Made by a program: the position numbers and the translations under genes. Below the pieces are notes generated by a model that was not told where the DNA came from, searched no databases, and saw only the letters and a program-made list of their open reading frames with translations. A stretch of DNA of 63,761 bases, the filler included, from Octopus bimaculoides (taxonomy: Eukaryota), in NCBI RefSeq assembly GCF_001194135.2. It is 5 parts of 4 records of this genome, joined end to end, with 100 filler letters (N's around TTAATTAATTAA, not from the genome) between each part and the next. Parts side by side here need not be neighbours in the genome. Positions count along the whole stretch, not along the records: positions 43,961 to 59,433 come from NC_068982.1; positions 59,534 to 62,479 come from NC_068993.1; 3 more parts are not named here. One strand, written 5' to 3'. This document shows positions 48,420-61,195 of this stretch, piece by piece (position 1 is the stretch's first letter; every line of letters starts with the position of its first letter).

Positions 48420-48510
48420 TTAATTCCTACACATGTTTCAAAATATATGAGAGCTCTTCTACAAAGAAGAGCTGCTGGAATTCCACATATATTCATCTTC
48501 AGGGAATCAA
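48420..48510 (-). ncRNA. Type I hammerhead ribozyme motif with long branched stem II
   Basis: Minus strand: stem I TTGATTCC/GGAATTAA; CTGAAGA (plus 48496-502); stem II (T)GAATATATG..CATATATTT(T) with inner AGCTCTTCT/AGAAGAGCT; GAAA; C-ATGT-G; GUA cleavage between 48428 and 48427. The first stem II pair is a U-U mismatch. Confidence 0.75.
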
Positions 48511-49218
48511 CATATAAAAGCAAGACAAATGCGAAATGATGAGGTAACTTACGAGCTAAAATGTTACATGACCAAGTGACCATTAGAACGTTTGTTTACA
48601 TAGAGATATAAAGGGAGGGCGTTGTAAACATGATGCTAAAGGTTTAAATTAAATGAATGATTGAAATGGGGGGGGGGAGGAAGACAAATATGTTACAGTA
48701 CAGAAAAACTAAAAAATCATGAGCTAATTGCTAAATCAAAAATGGAGGAAGGGAGAGAACTAAGGGAGTTCATCAAATTAAATATTTACTATATAAGGAA
48801 AACTAATTACATATTTTATATGAAGTGAAGAAAGTGAATAAAAATAAATAAAACATCATAGCCTAGTAATATATTATATTATTATATGGATATTAACGTT
48901 AGTTAATGGTAAAACAAGGTACAGGATATTTATTGGAGAAGTAATAATGATAATAATGTTCACGCTTACAAGAAGATTGGAAATACTTAGTTGAAGTCAC
49001 CGAAGGCACGAACAACAACCTGTGTGGCATTACTAAGAAGAATTTACTTAGCTAACTGTAGGGGAAAATAAAGAACTAGTGGTGAATGAGGCAGAAATAT
49101 ATATATATGTGTATATATACATACACACATATACATATACACACATATATACACACCTACACATACACATATATACACATATGCACACCTATACATACAT
49201 TCCTGTATATACACACAA

Positions 49219-49252
<34 letters not shown>

Positions 49253-49253
<1 letters not shown>

Positions 49254-49624
49254 AATTACTTGAAGCATTTGACGAAATAGAAGGGGATATAGCATCATAC
49301 AACGTGGAAGACAATTGGAGATTTCTGCGGGACAACCTGTTGAGAGCCACCGACCAGATCTGTGGCTGGTGTAAAGTCCCCTCTCGACCCAGAGTAATGT
49401 GGTGGTGGAACAAGGAGGTAGACGGGGCTATTAGACAAAAGAAACAGGCTTGGAAGGACTGGAAGAACGGTGGTAGCAGGGAATTGTATCAATCTGCCAG
49501 AAGGGAAGCTAGGCGACAGGTTTATTTAGCCAGAGGGGAAGCAGATAAGAAAATATTTGCAAATGTTCTGCGCTGTGAGGACCAAAGACTCGAGGTATTT
49601 CATGTTGCAAGACAGTGTAGGAGA
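49253..49624 (+). mobile_element. Internal fragment of the same RTE family as 56604-59433
   Basis: Collinear with 57352-57690 (LLEAFDEIEGDIASYNVEDNWRFL..WWNKEVD..VFHVARQC). Confidence 0.9.
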
Positions 49625-49724
49625 NNNNNNNNNNNNNNNNNNNNNNNNNNNNNNNNNNNNNNNNNNNNNNNNNNNNNNNNNNNNNNNNNNNNNNNNNNNN
49701 NNNNNNNNNNNNNNNNNNNNNNNN

Positions 49725-50440
49725 TCTTCAATTATGTTCCAAATATCACATTAATATGTTGATAAGTAAAAAAGGTTACAGTTGTTTAATGAAACTAGTC
49801 TAAATTCATGATAGTAACAAAAGGGTTATGATATATGAATTACAATAGCAATCATCCTGCTGTAATTAAAAATACCTAAATTAAAATATTGAAAAACAAA
49901 TATCATAGGCATGCTGATTTCTATAATGCAGCATTAGAAAAGGCTGGGTATAAGGGCAAAATTAAATATATTGATGATAAATTTAGTAATATTGGTAAAT
50001 TTAGTAATAATAATAGTGATAATGATTTTAATAATAAAAAAATGTATAACAACACCTTTAACAACAGCATGTATTACACTAAAACTAGGAATAGATACAC
50101 CCCTTTCTTCAATTATCATAGTAATTATCCTTATCAATTTAATAATAGTAATAGCTATAATAATAATAACAACTGTAATCATTATACTACTACTACTACT
50201 ACAACTAATAATAATAATAATAATAAACCTAATTATATTTGTTACTTAATCCCTTAGGCTATGAATATAAAGACAAGATTAATTGGACAAATATATAAAT
50301 TAATTGATAAGCATTTCAACATGAATAATAAATATAGGCAAATAATTAATACTATCAGGATTGGTCATTGTTTCACCAAACCTTATTTCGAATAATTCCT
50401 CTTTAAATAACATAAAAATTCAACAACTTCTATAATGATA
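49725..50440 (+). mobile_element. Decayed PLE thumb fragment with (AAT/ACT)n-expanded linker
   Basis: FYNAALEKAGYKGKIKY...ICYLIP*..GQIYKLIDKHF..KYRQII. Confidence 0.65.
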
Positions 50441-50466
50441 GAATTAATAATAATAATAATAATTAT

Positions 50467-50810
50467 AACAAGAGCACTCAGAAAGCACAAACCTCTGCCA
50501 AAGCAACACCAACGTCCTTTCAACGATTAGCCAGAGATAATTTTTAAAACGTGAATATTTGAAATAAAATCGACTACTCTCACAAATGAGAAAACTAAAA
50601 ATGAACCTGACTGCACTCAAAAATTAAGGAAAAAAGACAGGAAAAATAATTCAGAATCATTGTCCGGTACTGGATTGATCCCAAAATCTAATCAGTTTGT
50701 ACCAGTCACGTGGCCAACCATCCCTCCAGCAGTTCGAGATATCTTGTCCATGGACACACAAACAAACATGACTGAAAACTATACCTCTGCCTTCACTAAG
50801 GCAGAGATAA
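50467..50810 (+). mobile_element. Candidate non-autonomous Helentron-type (HINE-like) element
   Basis: Starts aacaagagc; subterminal ACCTCTGCC at 50491 is inverted to GGCAGAG near the end; 3' hairpin CTCTGCCTT-cact-AAGGCAGAG at 50785-50806. Confidence 0.55.
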
Positions 50811-51267
50811 CAAATTCTGTAATTGTATTCGTAAATGCTGACTTAAAAACCTTCATAATGAAGATAATATTGTATATAAATGTGAGATTGATGCACTTAA
50901 TAATACATATCTGTACGTTGGAGAAACATCTAATAAATTTAAAACTCACTTCTTTAACCACTTAAACAGCTTTTCCCAGATGATATTCTGATTTGTAATA
51001 ATTAACCAAATTGATTTAATTAAGTTAAATATGAATGGTTTATAATATAAGCGATGAATTGAAATAATTGTAGGTCTTGTCAATGTTTTAATAAACTTTT
51101 ATTAATCTTATCTTCATCTTCACTCTTGGGTTTTATAATAATAATAATAATAATATATGTGCGTACCTGTATTATTAGGTATTCAACCAGTCTAATCTTG
51201 GATATTTCTATCTCTCTGGGATTTATATATCTTCACTTGTACTTCAATATATATATATATATATATA

Positions 51268-51496
51268 TCATCATCATCATCATCATCGTTTAACGTCCGC
51301 TTTCCATGCTAGCATGGGTTGGACGATTTGACTGAGGACTGGTGAAACCGGATGGCAACACCAGGCTCCAATCTAATTTGGCAGAGTTTCTACAGCTGGA
51401 TGCCCTTCCTAACGCCAACCACTCAGAGAGTGTAGTGGGTGCTTTTACGTGTCACCCGCACGAAAACGGCCACGCTCGAAATGGTGTCTTTTATGT
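51268..51496 (-). mobile_element. RTE-tail element (same family as 1905-2241), tandem part in gap
   Basis: (cat)n-cgtttaacgtccgctttccatgctagcatggg...gggtgcttttacgtgtcacc. Confidence 0.88.
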
Positions 51497-53089
51497 NNNN
51501 NNNNNNNNNNNNNNNNNNNNNNNNNNNNNNNNNNNNNNNNNNNNNNNNNNNNNNNNNNNNNNNNNNNNNNNNNNNNNNNNNNNNNNNNNNNNNNNNNNNN
51601 NNNNNNNNNNNNNNNNNNNNNNNNNNNNNNNNNNNNNNNNNNNNNNNNNNNNNNNNNNNNNNNNNNNNNNNNNNNNNNNNNNNNNNNNNNNNNNNNNNNN
51701 NNNNNNNNNNNNNNNNNNNNNNNNNNNNNNNACCCGGCGTTGCCCATGTTACATGCAATTGAAGAATTAGTCTTTTCTGTTATATTTTCTCCAAAGAACT
51801 TGAAGACCTATGATTCGAATTTCATCAAAATTACAGATGAGGGTTCTTTCCCTCTTTACACACCCTAAAAAATTTCTAATCATTACACATGTATTCCATA
51901 CTACTGATCTTTATGCATAGATTCCAAAATTCCAGTCTTATGGAACTTGTTAAAAGGATTTTGCTCCTGAAAAATCGAGCTCATGGAGCTCTAAAATGTG
52001 GGAGGTAAGGCCCCTATTGGGAGTGGGTGTCTTAATGTCAACCAGAGAAGTTGAATTGTTGAGAATCTTTTTAACTTGGGTCTTAAATCTATTGTTTGAA
52101 TTTCTTTGAAATAGGAAATATATGTATGCTCACTGGGTTTCTAAACGAGAGCAAAGCTACAAGAAACCAAAAGTCAAATGATCACAATAAGCAGTCAGCT
52201 GCCCTAGCCTAGTCGTTACCACTCCCAATATAGGATTCCTCACCATATAGGTGACAGGCACAGCCGTAAGATGCATTATGGATCTATAGCAATTGGAAGG
52301 GCGGGACCCAACTCAAATAAACATTAACAACTGTGTGACGTGAGGGCTAAGGAGAAATGAAAGTGTCACCTCTGGAGTTTGCAAATGACCACTATACCGA
52401 TAGGTAACTGGAAAGAATAAATTTACAATCTATAAATGCCTTTGAATAACCAGTCATGCATCTGGGAAGGCCTTGAAATCAATGTTACCATCTGGGGAGT
52501 ATGTATGACCCAGTGATAATAAAAAGACTCAAACGAGGTCTGCAACTTTACTCAACATTTTGCAACTGAATCAGTGGAGGCAAAGATGCTTCTCATTTAC
52601 TTGATAACTTATGCACCACATTGCAGAAATCAAAATGTAAATATATCTCAAAGCAAACTCTTACACTGTTGTACCATTGAATAACAAATAATGCTCATCT
52701 TTTATGCTCGGGTGACCCTACAGCTTCCAAGAGTACAACCGTATTCGTCTTTTGCTTAGATAAAATGACTAAATTGTGGGTGTTAAGTCCCCATGAATGG
52801 GTCTTTCTAACTTCTAAGATGAAATTTTAGAAGATCCACTCAGTACTTTTGACCTAGTTTTTGGATCATAAAAAAATGAGTAAAATTTGGGAGTGAAGGC
52901 CCCCATTAGGGGGTCATAGAATCCTCATGAGAAGTGGAAACTTTGAGAATACTTCTTGATGTTTGTCAATTACCCATGGCTGAAATGTCACCAACATCGA
53001 AAATTTATGAATTTTCATGGGGGTTCTGCCCCCTTTAAGCTATCACAAATTCAAACTAAACATATTGCATTATACCTGCCCTTATGCAT

Positions 53090-53284
53090 TGAATCTAAGT
53101 TCCAAATATCATAAAGATCCATTTAGTAATTTTGGTCCATGAAATTGTATGAAACACACAGCATTACCCTTCTCCCTAGGTTTGGATTTTGTGTTCCAAG
53201 CTTCATTACGATCGGTGCAGTAGTTTTTGAATGTATAAGTAACACACGAACACACATAAAGACACTGACTTTTATATAATAGAT
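53090..53284 (-). mobile_element. Probable Helitron-type 5' end (second family)
   Basis: Minus strand starts atctattatataaaagtcagtgtc, followed by cgatcgtaatgaagcttggaacac. Confidence 0.5.
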
Positions 53285-53325
53285 ATGAATATGCACATAT
53301 ACATACATGTATATATGTGTGTGTG

Positions 53326-53355
<30 letters not shown>

Positions 53356-53361
<6 letters not shown>

Positions 53362-54292
53362 GACCAGTAACTGGTCTGTCAATATGCTAGAAAAAGATCA
53401 CTTAAAAAATTCTCAAAGAAAGATTCAGCGGAGCAAAAACAGGTGGGCGAGACCAGTGAAAGTTATAATTACCTCGGTTATCTGTAGACTATATAGTTTC
53501 AAAATCAACACTTTCCAATGAAAGTATCTATTTATCGTCAGTACACATTGCTGATATTATTATAATCAGACAGAATCCCATGCTAGTTGTCTCCAACCAG
53601 CGAAAACGTGCACATGATTCTATCAATTATAAAAAATAACAAAATTCAAAAGTCTTAGTTTTGGCGCGCTGAATCCGGAAATATCTCTGCAGAAAAAATA
53701 ATTTCTGCTTTGAATTTACCAACTTTGAGAAGTGTGATTATGGTTAATTAACATAATAGGGTAAAAATGATATCAATTAACATCAATTTAATACCAGGAA
53801 ACTAGCACATTAAAAGAATCAGAAGGTTCAGAACAAAATTTTCCGAGATCCTAATAGGATTATAGTACTTGTGTATATTGGTCTGTCAATGTGCTAAAAT
53901 ATACTTGTGTATATTGGTCTGTCAATGTGCTAGAATAAGATCACTTAAAAAATTCTCAGAGAAAGATTCAGATTACTGATGATAAATAGATACTTTCATT
54001 GGAAAGTGTTGATTTTGAAACTATATAGTCTACAGATAACCGAGGTAATTATAATTTTCACTGGTCTCGCCCGCCTGTTTTTGCTGCCCTGAATCTTTCT
54101 TTGAGAATTTTTTAAGTGATCTTTTTCTAGCATATTGATAGACCAGTAACTGATCGTTTTTATATACACAGGTACTATAATCCTATAAGGATCTTGGAAA
54201 ATTTTTTTCTGAACCTTCTGATTCTTTTAATGTGCTAGTTTCCTGATATTAAATTGATATTAATTAATATCGAATTTTTACCTATTATGTTA
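53356..54292. repeat. Complex foldback: three copies of an A/B unit in direct and inverted orientation
   Basis: B(+) 53356-53543; A+partial B(+) 53750-53962 with a 32-bp tandem duplication; B(-) 53963-54165 and A(-) 54166-54292. Confidence 0.85.
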
Positions 54293-54639
54293 NNNNNNNN
54301 NNNNNNNNNNNNNNNNNNNNNNNNNNNNNNNNNNNNNNNNNNNNNNNNNNNNNNNNNNNNNNNNNNNNNNNNNNNNNNNNNNNNNNNNNNNNNNNNNNNN
54401 NNNNNNNNNNNNNNNNNNNNNNNNNNNNNNNNNNNNNNNNNNNNNNNNNNNNNNNNNNNNNNNNNNNNNNNNNNNNNNNNNNNNNNNNNNNNNNNNNNNN
54501 NNNNNNNNNNNNNNNNNNNNNNNNNTATACACATACATACATACATACATACACACATACAAAAAGATAGATTGATAGATACAAGTGAGTGAGCAAACAA
54601 AAATATGAGACACTGCCTAGTGCTTTTTTATATTTTGAT

Positions 54640-54763
54640 AAGCCTGGTACTTATTCTATTAGTTTCTTCTTGTCAAACCAGTGAGTTATGGGGAGAGTGA
54701 TGAGGGAGAAACACAGAGACAAAGACAAACGCATAAACTTACATATATACATATATATATATA

Positions 54764-54798
<35 letters not shown>

Positions 54799-54960
54799 GA
54801 TTGATTTCTTTCAGTTTCTGTCTACGAAATCCACTCGCAAGGCTTTGATTCATCTGGGGCTATAGCAGAAGACACATGCCAAGTCACCACACAGTGGGAC
54901 TGAACCCAGGACCATGTGTTTTGGAACCAAGTTTCTTACCACACAGCCACACCTGCACCT
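54640..54960 (-). mobile_element. SINE family B with internal (TA)n
   Basis: Head and CORE at 54805-54960, partial tail at 54640-54720. Confidence 0.75.
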
Positions 54961-54963
54961 ATG

Positions 54964-55005
<42 letters not shown>

Positions 55006-55093
55006 CATGTATATATGTGTATATATATATATATGTGTACATATTACATGTACATCTATAAATATACATCTACACATATACATGTATACACAA

Positions 55094-55126
<33 letters not shown>

Positions 55127-55146
55127 CATATATACATTTGTGCAGA

Positions 55147-55200
<54 letters not shown>

Positions 55201-55309
55201 TAATATATATATATATTATATATATGTATGTATGTNNNNNNNNNNCACACATAATATATATATATATTATATATATGTATGTATGTATGTATATATGTAT
55301 GTATGCCTG

Positions 55310-55627
55310 TATATATGTGAGATAATAGTTTCACTTTAATACTTTCAGTATTAAAGTGACACTATTAAGGTGAAAATATCTGACATTAAAATAGAGAGAT
55401 GTTACTATTTCACTTTCGACACGTAATACTGAAACAGTGAAGATATGATATTGCTCCAGGCTCACACTAGGCAAGAAGTAAAAAAATGTTCAGGCATATG
55501 ACACTACATGGACCCTAAGTAAGGCATGTGTAAAATTTGAATGAAATTGGTTCCGTAAATTCTCAAGTTTTAGGGATTCACACAGACAGACACACATTCT
55601 TATCTTTATATATATATATATATATAT
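55310..55627 (-). mobile_element. Helitron 5' part, same family as 33803
   Basis: Reverse complement of tatatataaagataagaatgtgtgtctgtctgtgtgaatccctaaaacttgagaa...ttcattcaaattttacacatgccttacttagggtcc. Confidence 0.75.
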
Positions 55628-56603
55628 NNNNNNNNNNNNNNNNNNNNNNNNNNNNNNNNNNNNNNNNNNNNNNNNNNNNNNNNNNNNNNNNNNNNNNNNN
55701 NNNNNNNNNNNNNNNNNNNNNNNNNNNNNNNNNNNNNNNNNNNNNNNNNNNNNNNNNNNNNNNNNNNNNNNNNNNNNNNNNNNNNNNNNNNNNNNNNNNN
55801 NNNNNNNNNNNNNNNNNNNNNNNNNNNNNNNNNNNNNNNNNNNNNNNNNNNNNNNNNNNNNNNNNNNNNNNNNNNNNNNNNNNNNNNNNNNNNNNNNNNN
55901 NNNNNNNNNNNNNNNNNNNNNNNNNNNNNNNNNNNNNNNNNNNNNNNNNNNNNNNNNNNNNNNNNNNNNNNNNNNNNNNNNNNNNNNNNNNNNNNNNNNN
56001 NNNNNNNNNNNNNNNNNNNNNNNNNNNNNNNNNNNNNNNNNNNNNNNNNNNNNNNNNNNNNNNNNNNNNNNNNNNNNNNNNNNNNNNNNNNNNNNNNNNN
56101 NNNNNNNNNNNNNNNNNNNNNNNNNNNNNNNNNNNNNNNNNNNNNNNNNNNNNNNNNNNNNNNNNNNNNNNNNNNNNNNNNNNNNNNNNNNNNNNNNNNN
56201 NNNNNNNNNNNNNNNNNNNNNNNNNNNNNNNNNNNNNNNNNNNNNNNNNNNNNNNNNNNNNNNNNNNNNNNNNNNNNNNNNNNNNNNNNNNNNNNNNNNN
56301 NNNNNNNNNNNNNNNNNNNNNNNNNNNNNNNNNNNNNNNNNNNNNNNNNNNNNNNNNNNNNNNNNNNNNNNNNNNNNNNNNNNNNNNNNNNNNNNNNNNN
56401 NNNNNNNNNNNNNNNNNNNNNNNNNNNNNNNNNNNNNNNNNNNNNNNNNNNNNNNNNNNNNNNNNNNNNNNNNNNNNNNNNNNNNNNNNNNNNNNNNNNN
56501 NNNNNNNNNNNNNNNNNNNNNNNNNNNNNNNNNNNNNNNNNNNNNNNNNNNNNNNNNNNNNNNNNNNNNNNNNNNNNNNNNNNNNNNNNNNNNNNNNNNN
56601 NNN

Positions 56604-59433
56604 GTGTAGATTTGTGCTGCATCCAAAAAGTAAGGTGAAGAGGAGATTCTGCTAGGTTCCTCAAAGGCAAAGAACACAGGTACAATATTTTCTGGGCAGG
56701 AAACACTGATGGGGTCGCGGGCGTGGGAATACTTCTAGCAGAGAAATGGGTTGATAAGGTAATCGGGGTAGTCAGAGTATGTGACAGAGTACTTAAGATT
56801 AGACTAGTGTTTCACCATAGGTTAGCTACCGTCATCTCGGTCTATGCCCCTCAACCGGGGGTACCGGATGGGCAGAAAGACTAATTCTACAACACCCTCT
56901 TGCAAACTACCTCATTGACAAATGATAGAGACCTTCTCTTTGTGGCTGGTGATTTCGATGGTCATGTTGGACAACATGTAGGGGGATTCCATGGCGTACA
57001 TGGAGGCTATGGCTTCGGTTCCTGCAATGAGGAGGGAACCAGACTGCTGGAGTTCTGTGATGCAAACGATATTATGGTTTGCAATACCAAATTCAGGAAA
57101 CCTGCCTGTCACTTAGTCACCTACCATTCCGGCAGACACACTAGCCAAATCGACTACATCCTCGCCAGAAATAGAGAAAGAGGGCAGCTCAAAAATGCCA
57201 AAACCTTCCCAGGCAAAGAATGTACCCCACAACACAGATTAGTAGTTAGCGACTTCGTGATCAAGGCTAAATGAATGCCCAGAAGTAGACCAGCTTGGAG
57301 GAGAAGGGTTTGGAAACTTAAAGATCCTGAAATGGACAGAGATTTAGAAATACCTTACTCGAAGCATTTGACGAAATAGAAGGGATTATAGCATCACACA
57401 ACGTGGAAGACAATTGGAGGTTTCTATGGGACAACCTGCTGAGAGCCACCGACCAGATCTGTGGCTGGTGTAAAGTCCCCTCTTGACCCAAATTAACGTA
57501 GAGGTGGAAAAATGTGGTTGACAGGGCTATTAGACAAAAGAAACAGGCAATTGTATCAGACTGCCAGAAGGGAAGCTAGGACACAGGTTTACTTAGCCAG
57601 AGGGGAAGCAGATAAGAAAAAATTTGCCAATGTTCTGCGCCATGAGGACCAAAGACTTGAAGTATTTCGTGTTGCAAGACAGTGTGTGAGAAAGAATCGT
57701 GATGTCGTAGGTGAGAAATATGTCCGCATGGATGATGACTCACTTGCACTAAACGAGGCTAAAAATAGAGAGGTCTGGAGACGCCACTATGAAAGGCTGC
57801 TTAATAAAGAAAATGAATGGGAGGAAGAGAGTCTGCCGCATGTCGACCCAACAGAGGGACCAGCTGTCCTAATTGACAGTACCTTAGTAGATAAAGTACT
57901 CAAGAGTATGAAGACAAGGAAAGCCCCCGGCCCATCAGGAATCACTGCAGAGATGTTCAAAATATCTGGCAGTGTCAGCTATAGCCTAGTGACCCATATA
58001 GTTAATCAGGTGATACATGAAGGAGTCATACCCAATGACTGGTGTAGCAGCACCATAGTCAACTGCTACAAAGGTAAAGGTGACACTCTAGACACAAACA
58101 ATTACAGAGGTATCAAGTTGTTGGACCAGGTAATGAAGGTCATGGAAAGGGTCATAGCCCAACTAATTAGGGAGAGAGTCAGTCTAGATGAGATGCAGTT
58201 TAGGTTCGTTCCAGGAAAAAGCACCACTGATGCTATATTTCTGGTAAGACAGCTGCAGGAGAAATACCTAGCCAAAGATAAACCTCTGTACCTGGCTTTC
58301 GTTGACATGGAGAAAGCCTTTGACAGGGTCCCCCACTCCCTTATCTGGTGGTCAGTGAGGAAACTAAGGATAGATGAGTGATTAGTGAGAGCTGTGCAAG
58401 CCATGTACAGGGACGCTGTCAGTAAAGTGTGGGTTAGCAACGAGTACAGTGAAGAATTCCGGGTAGGGGTAGGTGTCCACCAAGGTTCAGTCCTCAGCCC
58501 CCTCCTATTTATAATAGTCCTCCAGGCAATAACACAGGAATTCAAGACAGGATGCCCCTTGGAACTCCTCTATGCTGATGACCTTGCCGTAATTGCTGAG
58601 TCACTATCAGAACTAAAAGAGAAGTTTCAGGTGTGGAAGCAAGGACTAGAATCGAAGGGCCTTAGAGTCAACCTAGCTAAAACCAAAGTCCTAATAAGTA
58701 GGAAGGTAAACAAAACACAAACCCCTTCAGGTAGATGGCCCTGCTTGATCTGTACAAAAGGCGTAGGCAGAAACTCTATAAGATGTACCCAGTATAAGCC
58801 ATGGACACATAAGAGGTGCAGCGATTTCAAAGGACGGCTAACTAGCAAGATAGTTTTTGTATGTGGCAGATGCTCAGGAGCAAAAAACACTGAGAATGTG
58901 CAGAAAACAACCTTTACCACACTCCAGGGTGAAAAACTAGAAGTAGTTGATAGCTTCCACTACCGAGGTGACCAAGTTTGTAGCAGGGGAGGGTGCACTG
59001 AAAGTGTAGCTGCTAGAATAAGAATAGGCAGACTATATGACGCATGTGTATGAACAGCCATGCCACATGACAGTGAAACATGGGCCGTGATTGCTGAGGA
59101 CATGTGTAAGCTTGCAAGAAACGAAGCCAGTATGCTCCGATGGATGTGTAATGTAAGTGTGCATACTCGAGAGAGTGTAAGTACCTTGAGAGAAAAGTTA
59201 GACCTAAGAAGCATCAGTTGTGGTGTGCAAGAGAGACGATTGCGCTGGTATGGTCATGTGGCAAGAATGGATGAGGATAGCTGAGTGAAAAAGTGCCACA
59301 CCCTAGCAGGTGAGGGAATCTGTGGAAGAGGTAGACCCAGGAAGACCTGGGATGAGGTGGTGATGCACGACTTTCGAACTTTAGGCCTCACCAAGGCAAT
59401 GACCAGTGACCGGGACCTTTGGAAATATGCAGT
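56604..59433 (+). pseudogene. Near full-length RTE-clade LINE ORF (APE endonuclease + RT + PHD-like finger), disrupted
   Basis: APE: GVGILLA..VISVYAPQ..VAGDFDGHVG..SQIDYIL..QHRLVV. RT: KAPGPSGI..NYRGIKLL..QFRFVPGKSTTDAI..AFVDMEKAFDRV..GVHQGSVLSPLLF..LLYADDL. In-frame stops and frameshifts; cut by gaps at both ends. Confidence 0.95.
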
Positions 59434-59533
59434 NNNNNNNNNNNNNNNNNNNNNNNNNNNNNNNNNNNNNNNNNNNNTTAATTAATTAANNNNNNNNNNN
59501 NNNNNNNNNNNNNNNNNNNNNNNNNNNNNNNNN
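59434..59533. other. Artificial scaffold-join spacer
   Basis: N44-TTAATTAATTAA-N44. Confidence 0.95.
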
Positions 59534-59949
59534 TGATGATGAGGAGGAGGAGGAGGAGAAGGAGGAGGAGGAGGATGGTGGTGGTGGTGGTGGTGATGGT
59601 GGTGGTGATGGTGGTGGCACTGATGCTGCTGGTGAAGGTTGCGGTGTTCGATCGTGAATGGGGGAATTGAGTACTTGACAGCAAACTCCTCGGATGCTGT
59701 TGGTCGATGATTAGTATCCTATCCTATAGTGTAGGACGGTCGTTAGTGGAAGGATGGTTGTGGTGGCAGTGGTAGTGATCGGTACAGTGATGGATTATGT
59801 TGGATCAATGTTGGATTTTGGATTTTGGTCGATGGTTGTGATTGGTGGATAGCTGTCGTTGTTGTAGTTAATCCACTGAACGCGTTCATAAGAGACAGAA
59901 GGAGATTATTCCGGCTTATATGCAACACAATCTAACATATCCCATCATT

Positions 59950-60790
<841 letters not shown>

Positions 60791-60899
60791 GCCCTTCGTT
60801 TGAAGACAGTAGAATTTGATATGTGAGACACTTGGTTGTTGCAAGGAAATCGAGGAAGTCGAAAGTGGGAAGATGGATGGCAGGAGAAAAGTAAGTAAA

Positions 60900-61195
60900 T
60901 GAGGAAGGAAGGAACGAAGGAACGAACGAAAGAACGAACAAACGAACAAACGAACGAACGAACGAATGAACGAACGAACGAACGAACGAACGAAAAAGGA
61001 AGGAACGAACGAACGAACGAACGAACGAACGAACGAACGAACGAACAAACGAACGAANNNNNNNNNNCGAACAAACGAACGAACGAACGAATGAACGAAC
61101 GAACGAACGAACGAACGAAAAAGGAAGGAACGAACGAACGAACGAACGAACGAACGAACGAACGAACGAACAAACGAACGAACGAACGAACGAAT
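60900..61195. repeat. (GAAC)n microsatellite
   Basis: Read directly; partly duplicated across a 10-N gap. Confidence 0.95.

Noticed and set aside
52300-52460. Weak PIF1-helicase-like motif on the minus strand (FQLPIGIVVICKLQ)
   Set aside because: Too degenerate, and the flanking motifs are missing.
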